DNA of 62,808 bases, the filler included, from Sluysia triapertura (taxonomy: Eukaryota), in NCBI GenBank assembly GCA_046118255.1. It is 5 parts of 5 records of this genome, joined end to end, with 100 filler letters (N's around TTAATTAATTAA, not from the genome) between each part and the next. Parts side by side here need not be neighbours in the genome. Positions count along the whole stretch, not along the records: positions 1 to 12,419 come from JBJNIA010111645.1; positions 12,520 to 26,530 come from JBJNIA010009987.1; 3 more parts are not named here. The stretch is one strand, 5' to 3'. Both the position numbers and the translations under genes were made by a program. The stretch's first letter is position 1. Every line of letters starts with the position of its first letter. Under the pieces are notes generated by a model that was not told where the DNA came from, ran no database searches, and worked only from the letters and a program-made list of their open reading frames with translations. Below are positions 1-14,419 of the stretch, in pieces.

Positions 1-3000
1 ATCACACCTTTTGCAAATTAATTCCGTCCGGCAGGTAATACAAATCAATATAAATAGCGTACGATAAAGGTTAAAAATTACCAAGGGCTTATTTTCAAAA
101 ACAAAATATTTCTCTGATCTACTTTAATGATGCTGAGTTAAAACTTCGTTGCAAAATAAATTACTTTTTAGGTTCAGTTGTAGTATGCGGCTTATGTTGG
201 TGTATCTACAAGAACGTGAACATAAAAGTTGTTGAAAGATCAAACAAAGTATAAGATTTCTATAGCTAACAAATTTCAAGCTGAGGGTTAAAATAATACG
301 AAATAAAAGCTTCTTTTTAATGTGTTAAATCTTTGTGTTACGTTCAGTATAGTTCCTTATAAATTGATATTAACTCAAAAATTTTATTTCTCAATCTTGC
401 TAATTTACCAAAAATTAACGAAAACACTAAAGTATATTATTAATTAAACAATCAAATATCCAAAATTTAATTATAAAATTTGCTAAATAACAAGATACTA
501 TTTAACCTAGTAACTTAGTAATATATAACAATTATTAATCGAGGAATAATATCAAATTATTAATAGCAACAAATTATAAAGTCATTGTGGCTTCATTTAA
601 TCGTAACAACTATTTTATAATGAGTTCATAATTGGTCGAGACCAAGTTACTTTTAGATATTTTAAATAAGATTTTGTGGATGCCGGTATAATCGAGAGTG
701 GGCCTAAATAAATTAAACTTACTACTTTAGTTGTTTATATGTTGATAAGTTAATATTTCTCTGGAGCTCGAACGCAATGTAAATTACTCCTCTAAAATCA
801 GTGTTCCGAATTATTGCCATGAATCTTCAACTACAAATTTGTGTGAAAGTTTTTTTTATTTCTTGTCTTTTTATACTTTTATAAATCCATTATCTTAATG
901 GAATTTTATTATATCATTTATTGGTAAAATCCATTAGTTACTTATTTTATTATTAGTAATGCAAAATATATTTTTACATTTGTACAAATATTAATTAACT
1001 TATTAAAATGTATTCAAATTATACAAAATTAATTTTTATATTTATATCTTTACAATAATAATGAATTGAAAACACATTTTCTAAGCCACTCTTTTGTCAT
1101 AGTAAGTAATCTCCAAGCAACAATAGGTCAAAAACAATTTGCAAGGCACAATGATAAATGTGTTTAAGAAAATTCGAAACAAGTTTGAATAAGACAAAGA
1201 AAATGAAAGAATCTAGTATGCATAAGTTGTTAAAACAACAACCAAAAACTTCGCAAACAATAATGTTAACAATAATTGTAATAATAACGTTAAATTGTAT
1301 CATATTAAATTTTGATTGTAAAATTGTGTACGACTGTTAATATGTTATATTATAAACTTCTGTTTTTGTTTTATGTATGTTATTTTTTCAATTGATATTT
1401 TGTGTTCGATTGCGTTGAAGTTTGTTTAAGATTCATTTTATAAGAAATGCGATGCATTGTGTCAGTGATTGTGTTTATGTTTAGTTTATTTTGGTCTTGA
1501 GTTCACCAAATAAATTTTATTTTTATCAAATAAATTTTATTTGAGATAATCATAATCTCACTAATGATTACATTATTGATTACAAGAATGATGGCACAAT
1601 GGTTAAGTTAAAAATTTTTATGTTGAGGTTAAAGCAGTGAGTTGAAAGATTTATGGCTTATTTCGTAGATGAGTAAAAGGTTTTGAGAGTTGTATTAGGT
1701 GTTGCGCAATAGTACATGGGTAATGTTTCTTAATTCCTAACCTACAGCCAAATAAAAATGAGCAGGATCCAGTTACGCGAAACATCTTACGTGGTAAAGA
1801 CGGCATTTCTGTAACTATAATTAAAGAAATCTTAGCGTAAAATATGTTCTTAGTTTTTAAAGTGTCTTCTATTTATTCGTTAAATTTCACTTTCGTATAT
1901 ATTCTTAGAGTCATAAAAATTTAACTTTTAACATCTGATCAATTTAATCTCAATTTTGACTTTATTAAATACTCAAAAATTAATACAAATATTAATACAA
2001 TGTATGTATTAAGACAAGAAAAAGGTAACAAGCAATTTATATACAATTTATAATTGATATCCTTTTTAGATATTCAATTAATTTTCGTGATTTTAATGTA
2101 AAATGTTTTCCCTAATTACATCAGGGTATAAAATATAGATTCCAAAGATTTTACCTGTATTTTATTGGTTTTATTTTCTCAAGGAAAATAAAAACGACCT
2201 TACAATAAATAACTTACACTTACTATGGAGTTTGAAATAAATTAAATCGATGATCTTCAATCGGGAAAACAGAAGTCACTTTAGCTGGTTTAAATGATAT
2301 GACGAATCGTGAAATTGATGTCCAAAAGTGTTGCTTGACAGAATAATGACTGCATTAAAATTTTTATAAAAGCAAGATAGCGAATTGTAACAAATAGCTA
2401 CTAATCTGTATTTATCAAAAGTGACGATGAAACAATGGTAATTAACAAAATAGCGAATTCATGATTTAACTGTATCTATTTTTATAAGTCGACAGCCAAT
2501 AATAAACGAGTAAAAACTGCTTTTCTATTTTTAGTAAGAAAGTTTCTTTTTTAAAAAATAAGTTTTCTTTTTGTAGTTTCTTTAACACAATGAACGCTCC
2601 TGTGAACCAATTTTTATAATAATTAAATATTGAATTATAACAACAATTATTCTACTATTTTTAAATTTATTAGCCATTGTCATATGAGATTTTTTTCCTA
2701 AAAGAATAAACCTAAGTCAACAATCTATAATCAAAAATTAAGTTGCTTATGTAGAGCGTTCACTGTAATATTAAATAGTTGTGATGACAACCTAACATAT
2801 TTAACGAATAAATTAATACTTTCTACAGCATCATATAATTTAAATTGAGTCCCTCTTTGCTAAGTTAATTAAAATCTTACAGGTACGTCATTCGTAAGAA
2901 TATAAAACGTATACTAATATAACAATACTAATAGGATTATTTTGCAGAAAAAATACATAACAATTTTGTTTATTCTAATTACATGTTAAAATTTTATAAA

Positions 3001-3879
3001 AATATTAATTGCATAGTTGTTTTGTTCAATTCATATTAGCCCTCTATGTATTTTGAACCCAAATTTTAAATAGTGGAATAAAATCACAAGGTTGTTTTAA
3101 AATACATTATTATTTGTAACCATCACTTTAAATAAAGGTGCAAAAACACATTTTAAACGAATATTATTAAATAAAGCTTAATTTTACATTGACATAGAGA
3201 AATAATTTGAGCGATATTTGTTACTGACAAAAATTATTTACATATCAAAAAATTACATTTTATCTCTACATTCTTTAAGAATATTATCTTATAAATTCTG
3301 TGGACATGCCATTTGTTGTAAGTCTAGGATCACAGACGAACTTTATTTATTATAATATTTCCATTTAGGATAGTAGGTTTTTAATTAAATAGAACTTCAT
3401 TGTGATGGCCGGAATATTATGGGTATTAACATAAATTCAAAATAATGATTAAAATTCAAGATGGACTTAAGGTCCTTACGAATATTTAATTTTGAAATAG
3501 TTATATTATGAAAATTCTTAATTAATATATTTTTACGAAATTCTATTAAATTCTTATTGTTAGACATTATTAAAAATCCATTACAAAACTTTATTAAAAA
3601 ATTAGCAACACTTGAAAACTCTACATATATTGAACTTAAAAACATAACATTATATTGTAAATATAATATATAACCGAGGATTGTACATTTTGAAAAATAG
3701 TGTTTCACATCTTCCAGGATGGATAGAACTTCTTGCAATAGGTTAATCGTTATAAAGTAATTTTTTCTTTCAATCGACATGAATTACATTATCCTTTGAA
3801 TTTGCCTCTGAAACCTTATTATCGAAACCTATGACATTAATTTTTGCTTTCCAAATCTCTTTAACACTATCTACATTAT

Positions 3880-4275
3880 TCATAAATTCATTTTCAGAAA
3901 AGTAAAATTGATATGATTCATAATTATATTTATATATTTATTCATACGTTCCACATCATTCCAAACACTATTCCAATCCTCACTGTGATTCAATTTTAAC
4001 AGAAACCTGAAATCTAACTTGTCCCTTTTAAAAATACCTTCGAATCCAGTTCCATCTTTAGTTATACAATGATGCACTGTTTCCATATTTACCTCATTTG
4101 GAAATATCACTACTTTCTTTGTTACACTGAAATTTTTTTCATCGTCTTCGTCTTTTGCCTGAATCATAAATTCATTATGATCATCGTTTATTTGGCGCCA
4201 TTCAATATTCATTTCTTCAACTTTAAAATCTTGAAATGGGACGAACTGCTTCCAAATTTCGTATCGATAGAATAA
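3880..4275 (-). CDS. alpha-crystallin / small heat-shock-protein-like domain exon (divergent, possibly pseudogene)
   Basis: Frame extended upstream of the listed ATG reads WKQFVPFQDFKVEEMNIEW...FMIQAKDEDDEKNFSVTKKVVIFPNEVNMETVHHCITKDG, matching the ACD pattern (F-x-P-EE-L-x-V; I-x-G/A-K-H-E; F-x-R-x-x-x-LP-x-x-V-D; LS-x-DG). Confidence 0.5.
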   Translation of the reverse strand, partial: LFYRYEIWKQFVPFQDFKVEEMNIEWRQINDDHNEFMIQAKDEDDEKNFSVTKKVVIFPNEVNMETVHHCITKDGTGFEGIFKRDKLDFRFLLKLNHSEDWNSVWNDVERMNKYINIIMNHINFTFLKMNL

Positions 4276-4675
4276 CTAGAATATTCTGAATAAGGAAATA
4301 AGATTGTCAATAGCATAATAGAGAAAAAATCTATTATAAAACGCTTACTAACGCCCATGTAACATTAAAAAAACTTTTTAATTTTCTTTATTTCTCATTG
4401 GCTCTCATTTATTCTAACAACATATTTTCTTTATTCTCAAATTTAAATCAAACTTTTATGATAAATATTTTACTAAAATAAAAAATTTAATTCTTCTTTA
4501 AAATTTCAAAATAAAACAATTACAAATTAACATTCTTATTCAGGATTACGATTAACTGACATTCTTATTAATACGTTTTTACTTCCGTTTTTCTATAACA
4601 TAATAAAATACTGTGCATTTTTCTAATTACAGCCTATTATACTGTTTATAATATAAATTAATTGTTATTTATAGC

Positions 4676-4676
<1 letters not shown>

Positions 4677-4743
<67 letters not shown>
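4677..4743. repeat. (AAT)n microsatellite
   Basis: About 22 tandem AAT units; explains the poly-Leu ORF 4669..4881. Confidence 0.95.
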
Positions 4744-4744
<1 letters not shown>

Positions 4745-5123
4745 GACAAATTTAAAAGAATAATAATAATAACAGTAGTAACAATGATGATAATAAACAC
4801 TTTATTATAACTGATGAGTACAACTTTTGTGATCGAATATAAGGATATGCTTAAAAAAGAACGAATTAATGTTTTTATCAATATTTAGATGTTTATTTCG
4901 AAAATGACAAAATGTTTTATTTTAATTTGTAGAATTTTCCTTACTAAAATACTATACTTTAAAAAGCACTTGCTACTTAAACAGAATAATAATATATTTT
5001 GAGAAACTTTTATGATTTCATATGGGTAAAAATGTCTTTCACTTTTCGAGTTTCTGGTCATGTCAAATAAGTATAATTATAAACATATTAGACTATTATC
5101 AATCGATATTATTTATTTACATT

Positions 5124-5282
5124 TGTTAGACTTCGTAAAATGGACTGACCGGGGATCGAACCTGGGACCATCGCTGCGCAGTTCGAGTGCTCTACCACTG
5201 TGCTATCAGCCCCGTCTAACAATTTCATTTTTAATATATTCAATTATACTACTTGGCACTTTTTAGGACTTTTACCCCAACA
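5124..5282 (-). mobile_element. ~160-bp tRNA-cassette element, copy 1
   Basis: Minus strand TGTTGGGGTAAAA...GAAGTCTAACA, homologous end to end to copies at 30638, 35636 and 37910; no TSD here (CATT/GCAA). Confidence 0.85.
5141..5212 (-). tRNA. tRNA-Ala-derived pseudo-tRNA inside mobile element
   Basis: GGGCTGA/TCAGTCC-A acceptor stem with G3:U70 and A73, A box, B box GGTTCGATCC; anticodon arm does not pair. Confidence 0.7.
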
Positions 5283-8145
5283 GCAATAATTTTTTATTTT
5301 CCTTCAGTATGATTTACAATTGGAGCTTGTTCTATTTTTCGGGAAGAAACTTTTAAAATATTTTCGAAACTATTCGTAACTATAGTCGTTTTTATTAGAT
5401 TGAACGCAATCATTGACCAACACACACACACACACAAAATATACATTATCGTTATTTTGAAACAGATATTTCTTAACATTTTTAATAATTTCAGCGTCTT
5501 AATGTTGAATAAGACTACTGTTGTTAGATGTTAAATATAATATTTTAATATTTGCTTAATATGAACTTATCGCGTATTAAAATAATTTTTCTATTTTCAT
5601 TCACACATTTTGACTAACATTCATTAATAAAATAAAAAAAGTTCTTATCAGATTCATGAAAGATTTTGCTTTAGTTAAGTGTATTTTCTACAGAATAGCA
5701 TTATATGACATTTTATTTTCGCGCATTTCATTTTTTAGCGCTATAGTTTTTTGACAAAGCTTTTAAGAGGCATAGATATATAATATAAAGTGGTTTCATT
5801 CTAATTAAATATGAAATGAAGAACGTTCTTTGATAAATTTTATCTGAAGTCCTTTGATTATTTTAAGATAGAAGCCTGTAGAGGTCCAGGAATAGGAAGA
5901 TTGTTAATTCTTAGCCTATCAAACATATCATTTTCTCCAATTTTTTTAAACGATTAATAAATTTAATTTTATGATCAAATTAATATATTGTTATCCAGGG
6001 TGACCCAACAATTTTTCAAGTTTTGTTCCCATTAATTTAATATAATAAAATTATTAAAATCTTTGTAAAACTTTATTTAATCATGCATAGAATAAGTTTA
6101 TTATCTATAAAATTAAATCTTTTTTCATACATGGTATTGACAGAAAAATAAAAATTGCACTTTTAAGTTTAAAATTTAATATTTTAATATTGTTGAACGA
6201 AACATACGCATCAATGACAATAAAAGATGTGTTTATAAAACTGGCTTTGATTTGTACAAGGTTTTAAAACTAAAGAAAGTTGAAATTAAATAAAATGAAA
6301 CAAATTTGTTGATATTCAATCTGAGTATTTATTAATGTAGACTTTGCAAAAATGACATTAAATGGAGCTTTTTAGAGTAGGTCCAAATTAAAACGTATTT
6401 TTAAAGATTTTACAAAAGTTGCATGATCATTGATAAAGCCTCTAGTATTTATTTAAACATTATAAGCTCATTAATTAGTGAGCCCACTGATAAAAGAAAA
6501 AAAATGAAATTGTTAAAATTTTATTATAATTATATAATAGATATTATAATTGTATCTATATTAACAAAATTTGCAATGTTTAATATCTTACTTTATTTAG
6601 GGACAATTCTGAATAAAGTTGAGTATAAGTCAGTGATAAAATTATTTATATTACATGGAAACAAATAAAAGAAATATTCAACGAATTTAGCAGTGTATGT
6701 AATAAATATATTTCTTTATCAAATTTTAAAAATTATTCGAAATATGTCTTTCATTTCGCGATTACTCAAGTTATCTCAGTTTAATGATAAACTTTAAATT
6801 TTACAATATGATGGGTAATAATGACAACACAAATTATATTTTTCAAGTTAATTTATATTATGCCTTTACAACGTAAGATCTCTTTTTGAACTTGTCTCTA
6901 TTGATAGAGATAGAACCGCAAATTTTTTTTAATTAAAATACTTTAAAGTTTCAATTCACGATATTCAGAAATGAATCATACTCTTATAACAATAAAAAAA
7001 TAAATACAATATATAAATTTTAGTTTTACAACTTAATCTAGAACTGGCCACAAATAAATCGTTACTTTAAAATCTGTAAACTCAAAATGATAGTATATTC
7101 AAATTCAAATCAATAGTATAATAATATTTAATAATATTTTCAAATTGATTCAATATTAGTTTAACATTTCTGTCTGTAAATGTGTAATATTCCACTTTAT
7201 GTAGTAATATTCACTGATATTAAACTACGGTCAATAAATTCTTCAATTCCCTACAGTAACAATTTTTCTACAGATAATTTCTTTTATGGAAAATTTTTTT
7301 TCTCTAGTCAGATTCATTTATACATTAGTTAATTTTCGTCAATAATATTGATTTGACTATATTATAATTTATTTAGACTTTCATAAACATTAATTTAAAT
7401 AAATTAATTTATATTGATTTATTATTACATGTTATTACTTTATTTTTCATATCCGTTTTACAAAAATTGTGTGTTTCGTTTAAAACGCAAACTTATTTAT
7501 TTGCTAATAAAGTGTGGTGTTTCATTCCACGCTTGTAACATTTTATTTCTGTTTTCTTTCATTAACTTATTAAAGAAAGGTCTTTATTTCTTAATTTAAG
7601 ATCTTTTAAATTGTTCATTTTAAAGCTACTGAGTTATTTTAGATTTATTTTAAGGTTTAAAAGATTTATTACAATTTGTTTTTAAAATATATTCTTTTAG
7701 AAAAATTAATGCCCAATTATTAAGCCAATCAGTAATGAGTTCAAAATTTATGTGCATTTATTGTCAAGAAATGTTTCGTAGAATAACCAAAAACAATTTA
7801 TCGTAAAAGTGCAAATCGAATGTATATTTATTTCAGTAAATTAAGAATTAAGTAGGATAGTTGATAGAGTACATACCCTATATTATAATAATAATAATAT
7901 TATTATTATTATTAATATTATTAATATTATTATTATTAATATTAATAAGTTCTTCTAACCTATTTCCAATTTTTTCAAAAAGTAAGAATAACCAGCTTTG
8001 GTTTTTAAAGTAAAGTGAAATTTTGAAAACGCTTTTACAGATGACGTTTGACAGCAACTAAAACGTTTTGTAGTTTTGTACATAACATATTTTTGTCGAA
8101 AAAGAATTTTTAAGACATGATATACAACTCCGGCCAAAGTAAGTA

Positions 8146-8545
8146 ATGGGAGGCATGAAAAATATTTTGGCAAAAGACGGTCGTAAAAGATGTGATTTAA
8201 GTTTAAACACAAGGCGGGAGATTTATCATTCTTTGCCCGAATTGAGTGACAACAAAGTGAAGCAAGACAGAATCAAGAAAACATTCATTAAATTCAACAT
8301 TTCTGTGAATTTTGTATCAAACACGAAAATCTTTAACTGATTGTGCTGAAATAGCTGTTGTTAAATCACGCAAGAAAGGACGTGTTGATCGAAAACCTAA
8401 AAATTTGACCAAGAGCCTAGAAGGTCAATAGCACTCAATAATCGTCACACTATTCGTTCATTACTTGCTTCTATCAATGCACCAAAATCTATGATTCATC
8501 CTAGGTTGAAATCAGGATTATTACAATAAGACTCAAATGTATTCA
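8146..8545 (+). pseudogene. degenerate mariner-like (DD39D-type) transposase N-terminal fragment
   Basis: Frameshifted LNTRREIYHSL...SRKKGRVDRKPK...NRHTIRSLLASINAPKSMIHPRLKSG matches the KKGxxGRK...RTTIRSLAxAL...KSTLHRxLKxG HTH region of DD39D mariners. Confidence 0.65.
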
Positions 8546-10049
8546 AATGTATTTAAAATTATTGAGATTTAGGCCTAAAACTGCAAATTGTATAATTGCA
8601 TAAAATTGTATAATTGACTATAATGAAAATAATAGTCATAATGGCTGGTAGCGCATAGTAAAGTTAAAAAGAATAATTCAAAGTATATGTGTAATGACAA
8701 GAGTAGCTAGAATATTTTCAGTATTTTCTAAAAATTTATAAAAATAAAATACAGTTATAATTTACTATGTTATTTAAGATTAAATACAAATTGAATTCAC
8801 ATGAAATGTGCTTAAAAATCATTACAATTGACAAGCAAGTTTTCTGCTTAGGATTTTATTAGTGGACATTGTAAAAAATTTGGAGCTCATGAATCAAAAT
8901 AGCAAAGGATTATTTAAATCAAACTGAAATAATAACATTAGATTTTTGACCTATTGCATCCTTTGATTTAAATCATATCAGAAATATACGGTTTAGGCTA
9001 AAACATTGTTAAACAAAGAATTCCAAAAACTTTGAAAAATTTCAATGTCAAAACAAAAAAATTCTAAAAAATCTACATTGAATAACTGCGTTATAGTACA
9101 AAAAGAATAAGAGATGTAAAAGCACCTAAATAAATAATTGAAATTTTATTTAATTTATTTCGAATTTTGTTTAAATAATACAATTTTTGTTTTTGCAGTT
9201 GTATTTTTCAATTATCCTTTTAATTTGCGCCACCTGAAAAATAATTTCTATATAAATGTAATAACAAAGAAATGAAATGTTTCATTAACCTGATTTTTTA
9301 AATAATTCGTTTACCTGATCATTAATTTTAGTGCATGTAAATAATTGATCGTGAGAACAATATGATAAGAGAAATTAACAAAAATTTTAATTTATTTGTA
9401 ACAAAGATTTTGATATTTTACTATAATACCAGATTTATAAATAAGTGACTTTAAATAACAGTGCATTCACGTAAATCTAATAAAATATTTAAACTTTATA
9501 ATTACTTTAATTTGAACTTCACATTAATTACATTAATAAATTCAATTAAAGATTTTCTGCGACATTTTAAAGCTGTTACCTTATTAATCATTTATAATAT
9601 TAATTGTTCCGCGAATTAATACTGTTAAACGAAAACATAATATAAACTTTTTTAAATATAATATAATATAAAGGTAATATAAATATATAATAATAAAATA
9701 ATATAAATATATGCACATTATAATATAAACACAATATATAAATAAATCATGGTAAATGGAAGACTGCATTTTACTGTGATGTTTTTCTACATAGTGCCAA
9801 TAAAGTAAAGTACTCTTTATATTTGACCAAATTTTTTGTTATTTATAGTTGCATGATTTTTGACATTGATGTTCTTATGTTATCAAATTACATAAACAAA
9901 AGTATAAAAAATCATAACTATATGTACATTTACTTAAATTTTTATTATCAAAGATAATATTGAATATATTAATTTAATTAAAATTACTTGATTTTTAAAA
10001 ACATTCTAAAGTAATTGTAACATTTTATCTTTAATGTGTTTTCGTTTAG

Positions 10050-11914
10050 AAATTCCTTTGGAATTAGATGACAAAAAGCAGATTATGGATAACTGGAAAG
10101 AAAAACTTGGAGATGATGTTCAAATAGTGGTATGTTTTTGAATGTTTTGTATGTTTACTAAGTGATTTTATGCTATGAAGATTGCAGAATTTAATAAATA
10201 TACTGAAGATGGAGGTATTGGATTAAGTTTGGAAGGTACTGTAGATGTTGATGAAATGGGTCATGAAAACCATCCTCATCATTACATCAGATCTATATTA
10301 CCAACTGGACCGGCGGGTAGAAATGGAATTTTGAAAGAACATGATGAACTATTAGAAGTAATTTTAACATTTTTATGATTTATTTTAATTTTAATTAGGC
10401 AAATGATAAACGTATATATGGTTTAAATCACATGGATGTTATAGATATATTGAAAAAATTGCCATTATCAGTCAGAATTGTGTGCGCTAGACCAATTAAA
10501 TATTTTTTTTCAGAAAGTAAATTTCATAACCAAGACGATATGGATATAGAGGCTGAACAACTTTGTAGAGATCTTGATGAAATTATTTCTCGTGAATTAC
10601 CGAGTGTAAACTTTGAACCTAATCATTCTTTTGTTCCTATTTCACGATCTATGTACAGTATGAAATCAAAATCTGAAGAAGACTGTTTTGACCAGTGGAC
10701 TAAAGACAATAATACTAAGGAAGATAAATATTCAGAGGTTCTAATATCTTTTGATTTATTGTGACAACTGTGATAAAATAAATTCTCATAAATTATATGA
10801 CATAAAGTAGAGTTACAAATAGAGTTGTTGAGTTCACTTAGAGCTGTCTTTACAGAAGTTTGATGCATGTTCTTTTTACATTAATCAATTTAATTATGTT
10901 GATTTATATTCATTTTGAAAATATATTTTCAAAAATTAATGAAAAAAAAATTATCAATATTTTCTTAGTTCTTATAACATTTATTTATCCGTCAATGAAT
11001 AATTTTAAATGTGAAATAATATTAAATTAAATGTATGTTTTATATGAGTTTTGGTTGTAAAAAACGACGGTACAAAAATATCTTTTTTATTCAGAATTAC
11101 AATTTTTTAAAGTTATTGGTGAATATCAATAGGGAAAATATTTGTATAACATTTTAAATATTTAACCTTTTAACATATCAAAGATAATTATAAAACGTTT
11201 TTAAGATATTTTTGAGAATAAAACATTATTGAAGAGAAGAGATTATGAGTGAATGAACATATTAAAAATAATAATGAATTAGTTACAATATTATGTGAAT
11301 AAAATCATTAGATTTCTGAAAAATAGACGAGCTTTAAAATTCCTAAATAACCTATACTTTTAAAATATTTTTAAAACTACTTTAACTATTATTTGAAAGC
11401 TGTAACTTAAATAAGATTGAGGCAATTAATTTTATTTTATATTTTGAAATTGACAAAATGTTCGAGCAATTAATTTTTTTCCTTTTTGTTAATCAACAGT
11501 AGCTTTTAAAATATGACACAAAATTAGACTTTAAATTCTTCATGATTGTTTTCTGCATATTATTATTTGAATTTTCCATCAATCATTATTAATATGAAAA
11601 GAAATATCTTAAATATCTCAAAAAAGATCTTAAAACTAAAAATTTCTAATTTGAAATAAAATTTAGTTAATTTTAGTTTAAGTTTAGTAGGTACTATTTT
11701 TGACATAATTTTAGAAGAATTGTATCGAAATGTGTTGTATTTTGTACTTTGTAATAACCATACAAGCAAAAGTAAAAATAAAATATGCTAGACTGAAAAT
11801 TAGGAGATACTGACTTAGAAAATTAATGAAATAATACTTCGTAACAAATATAAATTAATGTAAAACAGGATTATCTTTAAATATAATTTAATGTAATTAT
11901 CTTCAAATATATAA

Positions 11915-11961
<47 letters not shown>

Positions 11962-12095
11962 AATTATTACATTAGAATCATCGTTCAAAATCTTTGGATC
12001 AAGTTCAGGGATTAGCTATTTGGGATCGTAATATCACTTATATTGATCTTGAAAAAAAAGCATCAGGTCTTGGATTTAGTGTTTTAGATTATCAA
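10050..12095 (+). CDS. Patj: multi-PDZ polarity protein Patj/MPDZ, internal exons 10050-10129, 10181-10357, 10399-10737, 11976-12095
   Basis: Spliced (GT-AG) translation WKEKLGDDVQIVIAEFNKYTEDGGIGLSLEGTVDV...HHYIRSILPTGPAGRNGILKEHDELLEANDKRIYGLNHMDVIDILKKLPLSVRIVCAR and LAIWDRNITYIDLEKKASGLGFSVLDYQ are characteristic Patj/MPDZ PDZ repeats. Confidence 0.92.
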
Positions 12096-12419
12096 GTATA
12101 TTAATTATTTTCATTTAATATATGATTTTAAAAATAAAATTCCATTAATTTTTTCACATAAAAATGCATTATTAAAATTTATACTTTCAAAGAAATAGTT
12201 GAAAATAATTACTTGTTAAACATTAAATCAACGTGATAGTACATAAAATATTTTCAATTTTATAAGCTTAAGATTATACAAGTTATACAATCATGAAATT
12301 TAAATTTGCAATATTTGTATAATAATCATACTAAATTAACGGTGTAGTGGCCAACTCCGTAACGCAAAATTTAAAATAACTCAATTAAAATAAAATTCAT
12401 CACAATCACACTCTGCAAC

Positions 12420-12519
12420 NNNNNNNNNNNNNNNNNNNNNNNNNNNNNNNNNNNNNNNNNNNNTTAATTAATTAANNNNNNNNNNNNNNNNNNNNNNNNN
12501 NNNNNNNNNNNNNNNNNNN
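12420..12519. other. artificial contig linker (100 bp, N-TTAATTAATTAA-N)
   Basis: Six-frame-stop spacer inside Ns; identical at four positions. Confidence 0.97.
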
Positions 12520-13766
12520 TCATAAATATAAAATTTAACTTAATTCTAAAAGTCGGGACTTTTGAAAAACGTCGCGGGACGCGGGACAAATTGTGACCTT
12601 ATATTAAAGATTTATATACTTTGGTCATACTGCGACAATATAAAAGTAAAATTAGTTATGTGTTATAAATAATTTATTATAAATACAAAAGCGAATCCGG
12701 TATTTTAATTAGTCTATGCTACATAAGTAATTATTCTATAATTAGACTGAATTAGCAGTTTGAATTAATTTCTTTACTGTTGGTACTTATGAAACTATTT
12801 ATTTTATTATAATTGTGCAAATGGCTGCTAAATAATTATAATTTATTCAATTTAAACTTAATATTTAAGTTTTTAAGAACTTTATTTCCCGATTATCATA
12901 AACTTAATATATTTTCCAAATTAAACAAATTATTTGAATACAAAATTCAATTTAATTAGGATTACTAAAGAAGAAAATACTCTAGACTGTTTATTTTACG
13001 CTTAAAAATAATCGTTTTAAGCTTAAATCGTTTTAGGTTGTAAACCTATTGTTTTCTTTTTCATTGTTATTGAAATTTTTGAATTTGAAAATCTTGTAGT
13101 GATAAGAAAAAAAATATGAAATAAGCATTCTTTATTCTCAAAATATTTTTAATATGGGATTAAATTCAAAATCAATGTTTTTTAAAATAAATTGAAAGCT
13201 TTCAGAACTTTCTCCAGACATAAAATTTGTTATTCTCTTAAATAAATCATGACTGTTATCTGCAGTGCGCCAACACGCCCCATCCACATTCAGCTTGAAT
13301 AAATGTAGAAATAAAACACTAAACAATTGTGCAGTATTTATTGTCATCATAATGGGCAAGTACTGCACTACAAATAGTAAATAAAAAGGTTGCTGAATCA
13401 AGATATGCAATGCCTACAGTTTACTTAACGAATCTATATCAAATATTACTCATAGAGGACCATTTACCACCTTCATAGTTTTCTTATCAATCTACCTGAC
13501 AAAGACATCATCAAATTACCATGCATCCTGACAACAGTCACAGCACTCTTTGGCCTCTTCGAATGCATCAAGAAACTCAGTAAGACATTCCAAAGACTTT
13601 TTCACAGCTGCATGCGTTAATTATATAATTATTGTTATATTAAAGTTATCGCATTAAATACGAATACCACCGGACTTATAAATTCATAGTCATAATCACT
13701 TATTGCTAGCTCAAAACATCACTCTTATACTCGGCGTCTCGAAAGTATCTGATATAATGATAGCAC

Positions 13767-13895
13767 TGTGGGAGAAATCATATCAAAATTTCAAACTTCA
13801 TCACATAAAAGCATTTCTTACACAGAACATTAAATAAACTACTTAACTCATTTAAAAAACAAACATAGTCCTTGTACATAATTATCGTGAACTAT
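13767..13895 (+). repeat. left-end module of the gene-capturing element family
   Basis: TGTGGGAGAAATC...cttacacagaacattaa...aaacaaacatagtccttgtacataattatc aligns with 19112-19235. Confidence 0.7.
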
Positions 13896-14419
13896 TATCG
13901 TGAGTTATTGTCATAAATCCAATCGTATTAATATATATAATGATTATTATCATTATTATATAATATTGTGATATTTATATTTTGATTCATTGATATGTGT
14001 GTTATCGATTTGTGTGTTATAATATTGATTTTTTCATTATAATTCATTACGACGAATAAAATCAATTTATTTTTGTAATTCAATTTATTTAATTTTGTAA
14101 TATCGATTAATTATTATTTGTATCGGATTCTTTATTATTTAAATTTTAACATATATATTTAATTTGGTTACTCAGTTTTGGAATTTTATATTAAATTATT
14201 TATTGTTAGTATTTATTAATTTTATTTAAAAATTTATTAATATTTTGATAATTAGTTTTTAAACATTCATTTTTAAATTTTTGTTAATTTCAAATATTTG
14301 TTTAAAATCCATCAAGGTCAATTCACGAGGATATAAATAACGAATATTTTCTAAGCCAATCACAAATTAATTACACAAGTTAATTTTATAAGTTGATTTA
14401 GTAATTTAATTTTTTCATT

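Noticed and set aside
4669-4881. Poly-Leu membrane protein ORF
   Set aside because: Translation of an (AAT)n microsatellite.
12420-12519. TTAATTAATTAA palindrome inside N runs (four times)
   Set aside because: Assembly linker with stops in all six frames; not biological. SMG8 and STT3 are therefore not shown to be neighbours.
12552-12632. hAT-like subterminal CGGGAC repeats
   Set aside because: No clear TIR or TSD pair; lies next to a gap.
13138-13410. RNase H from KLNVDGA motif
   Set aside because: No downstream conserved E/D residues or RT context.
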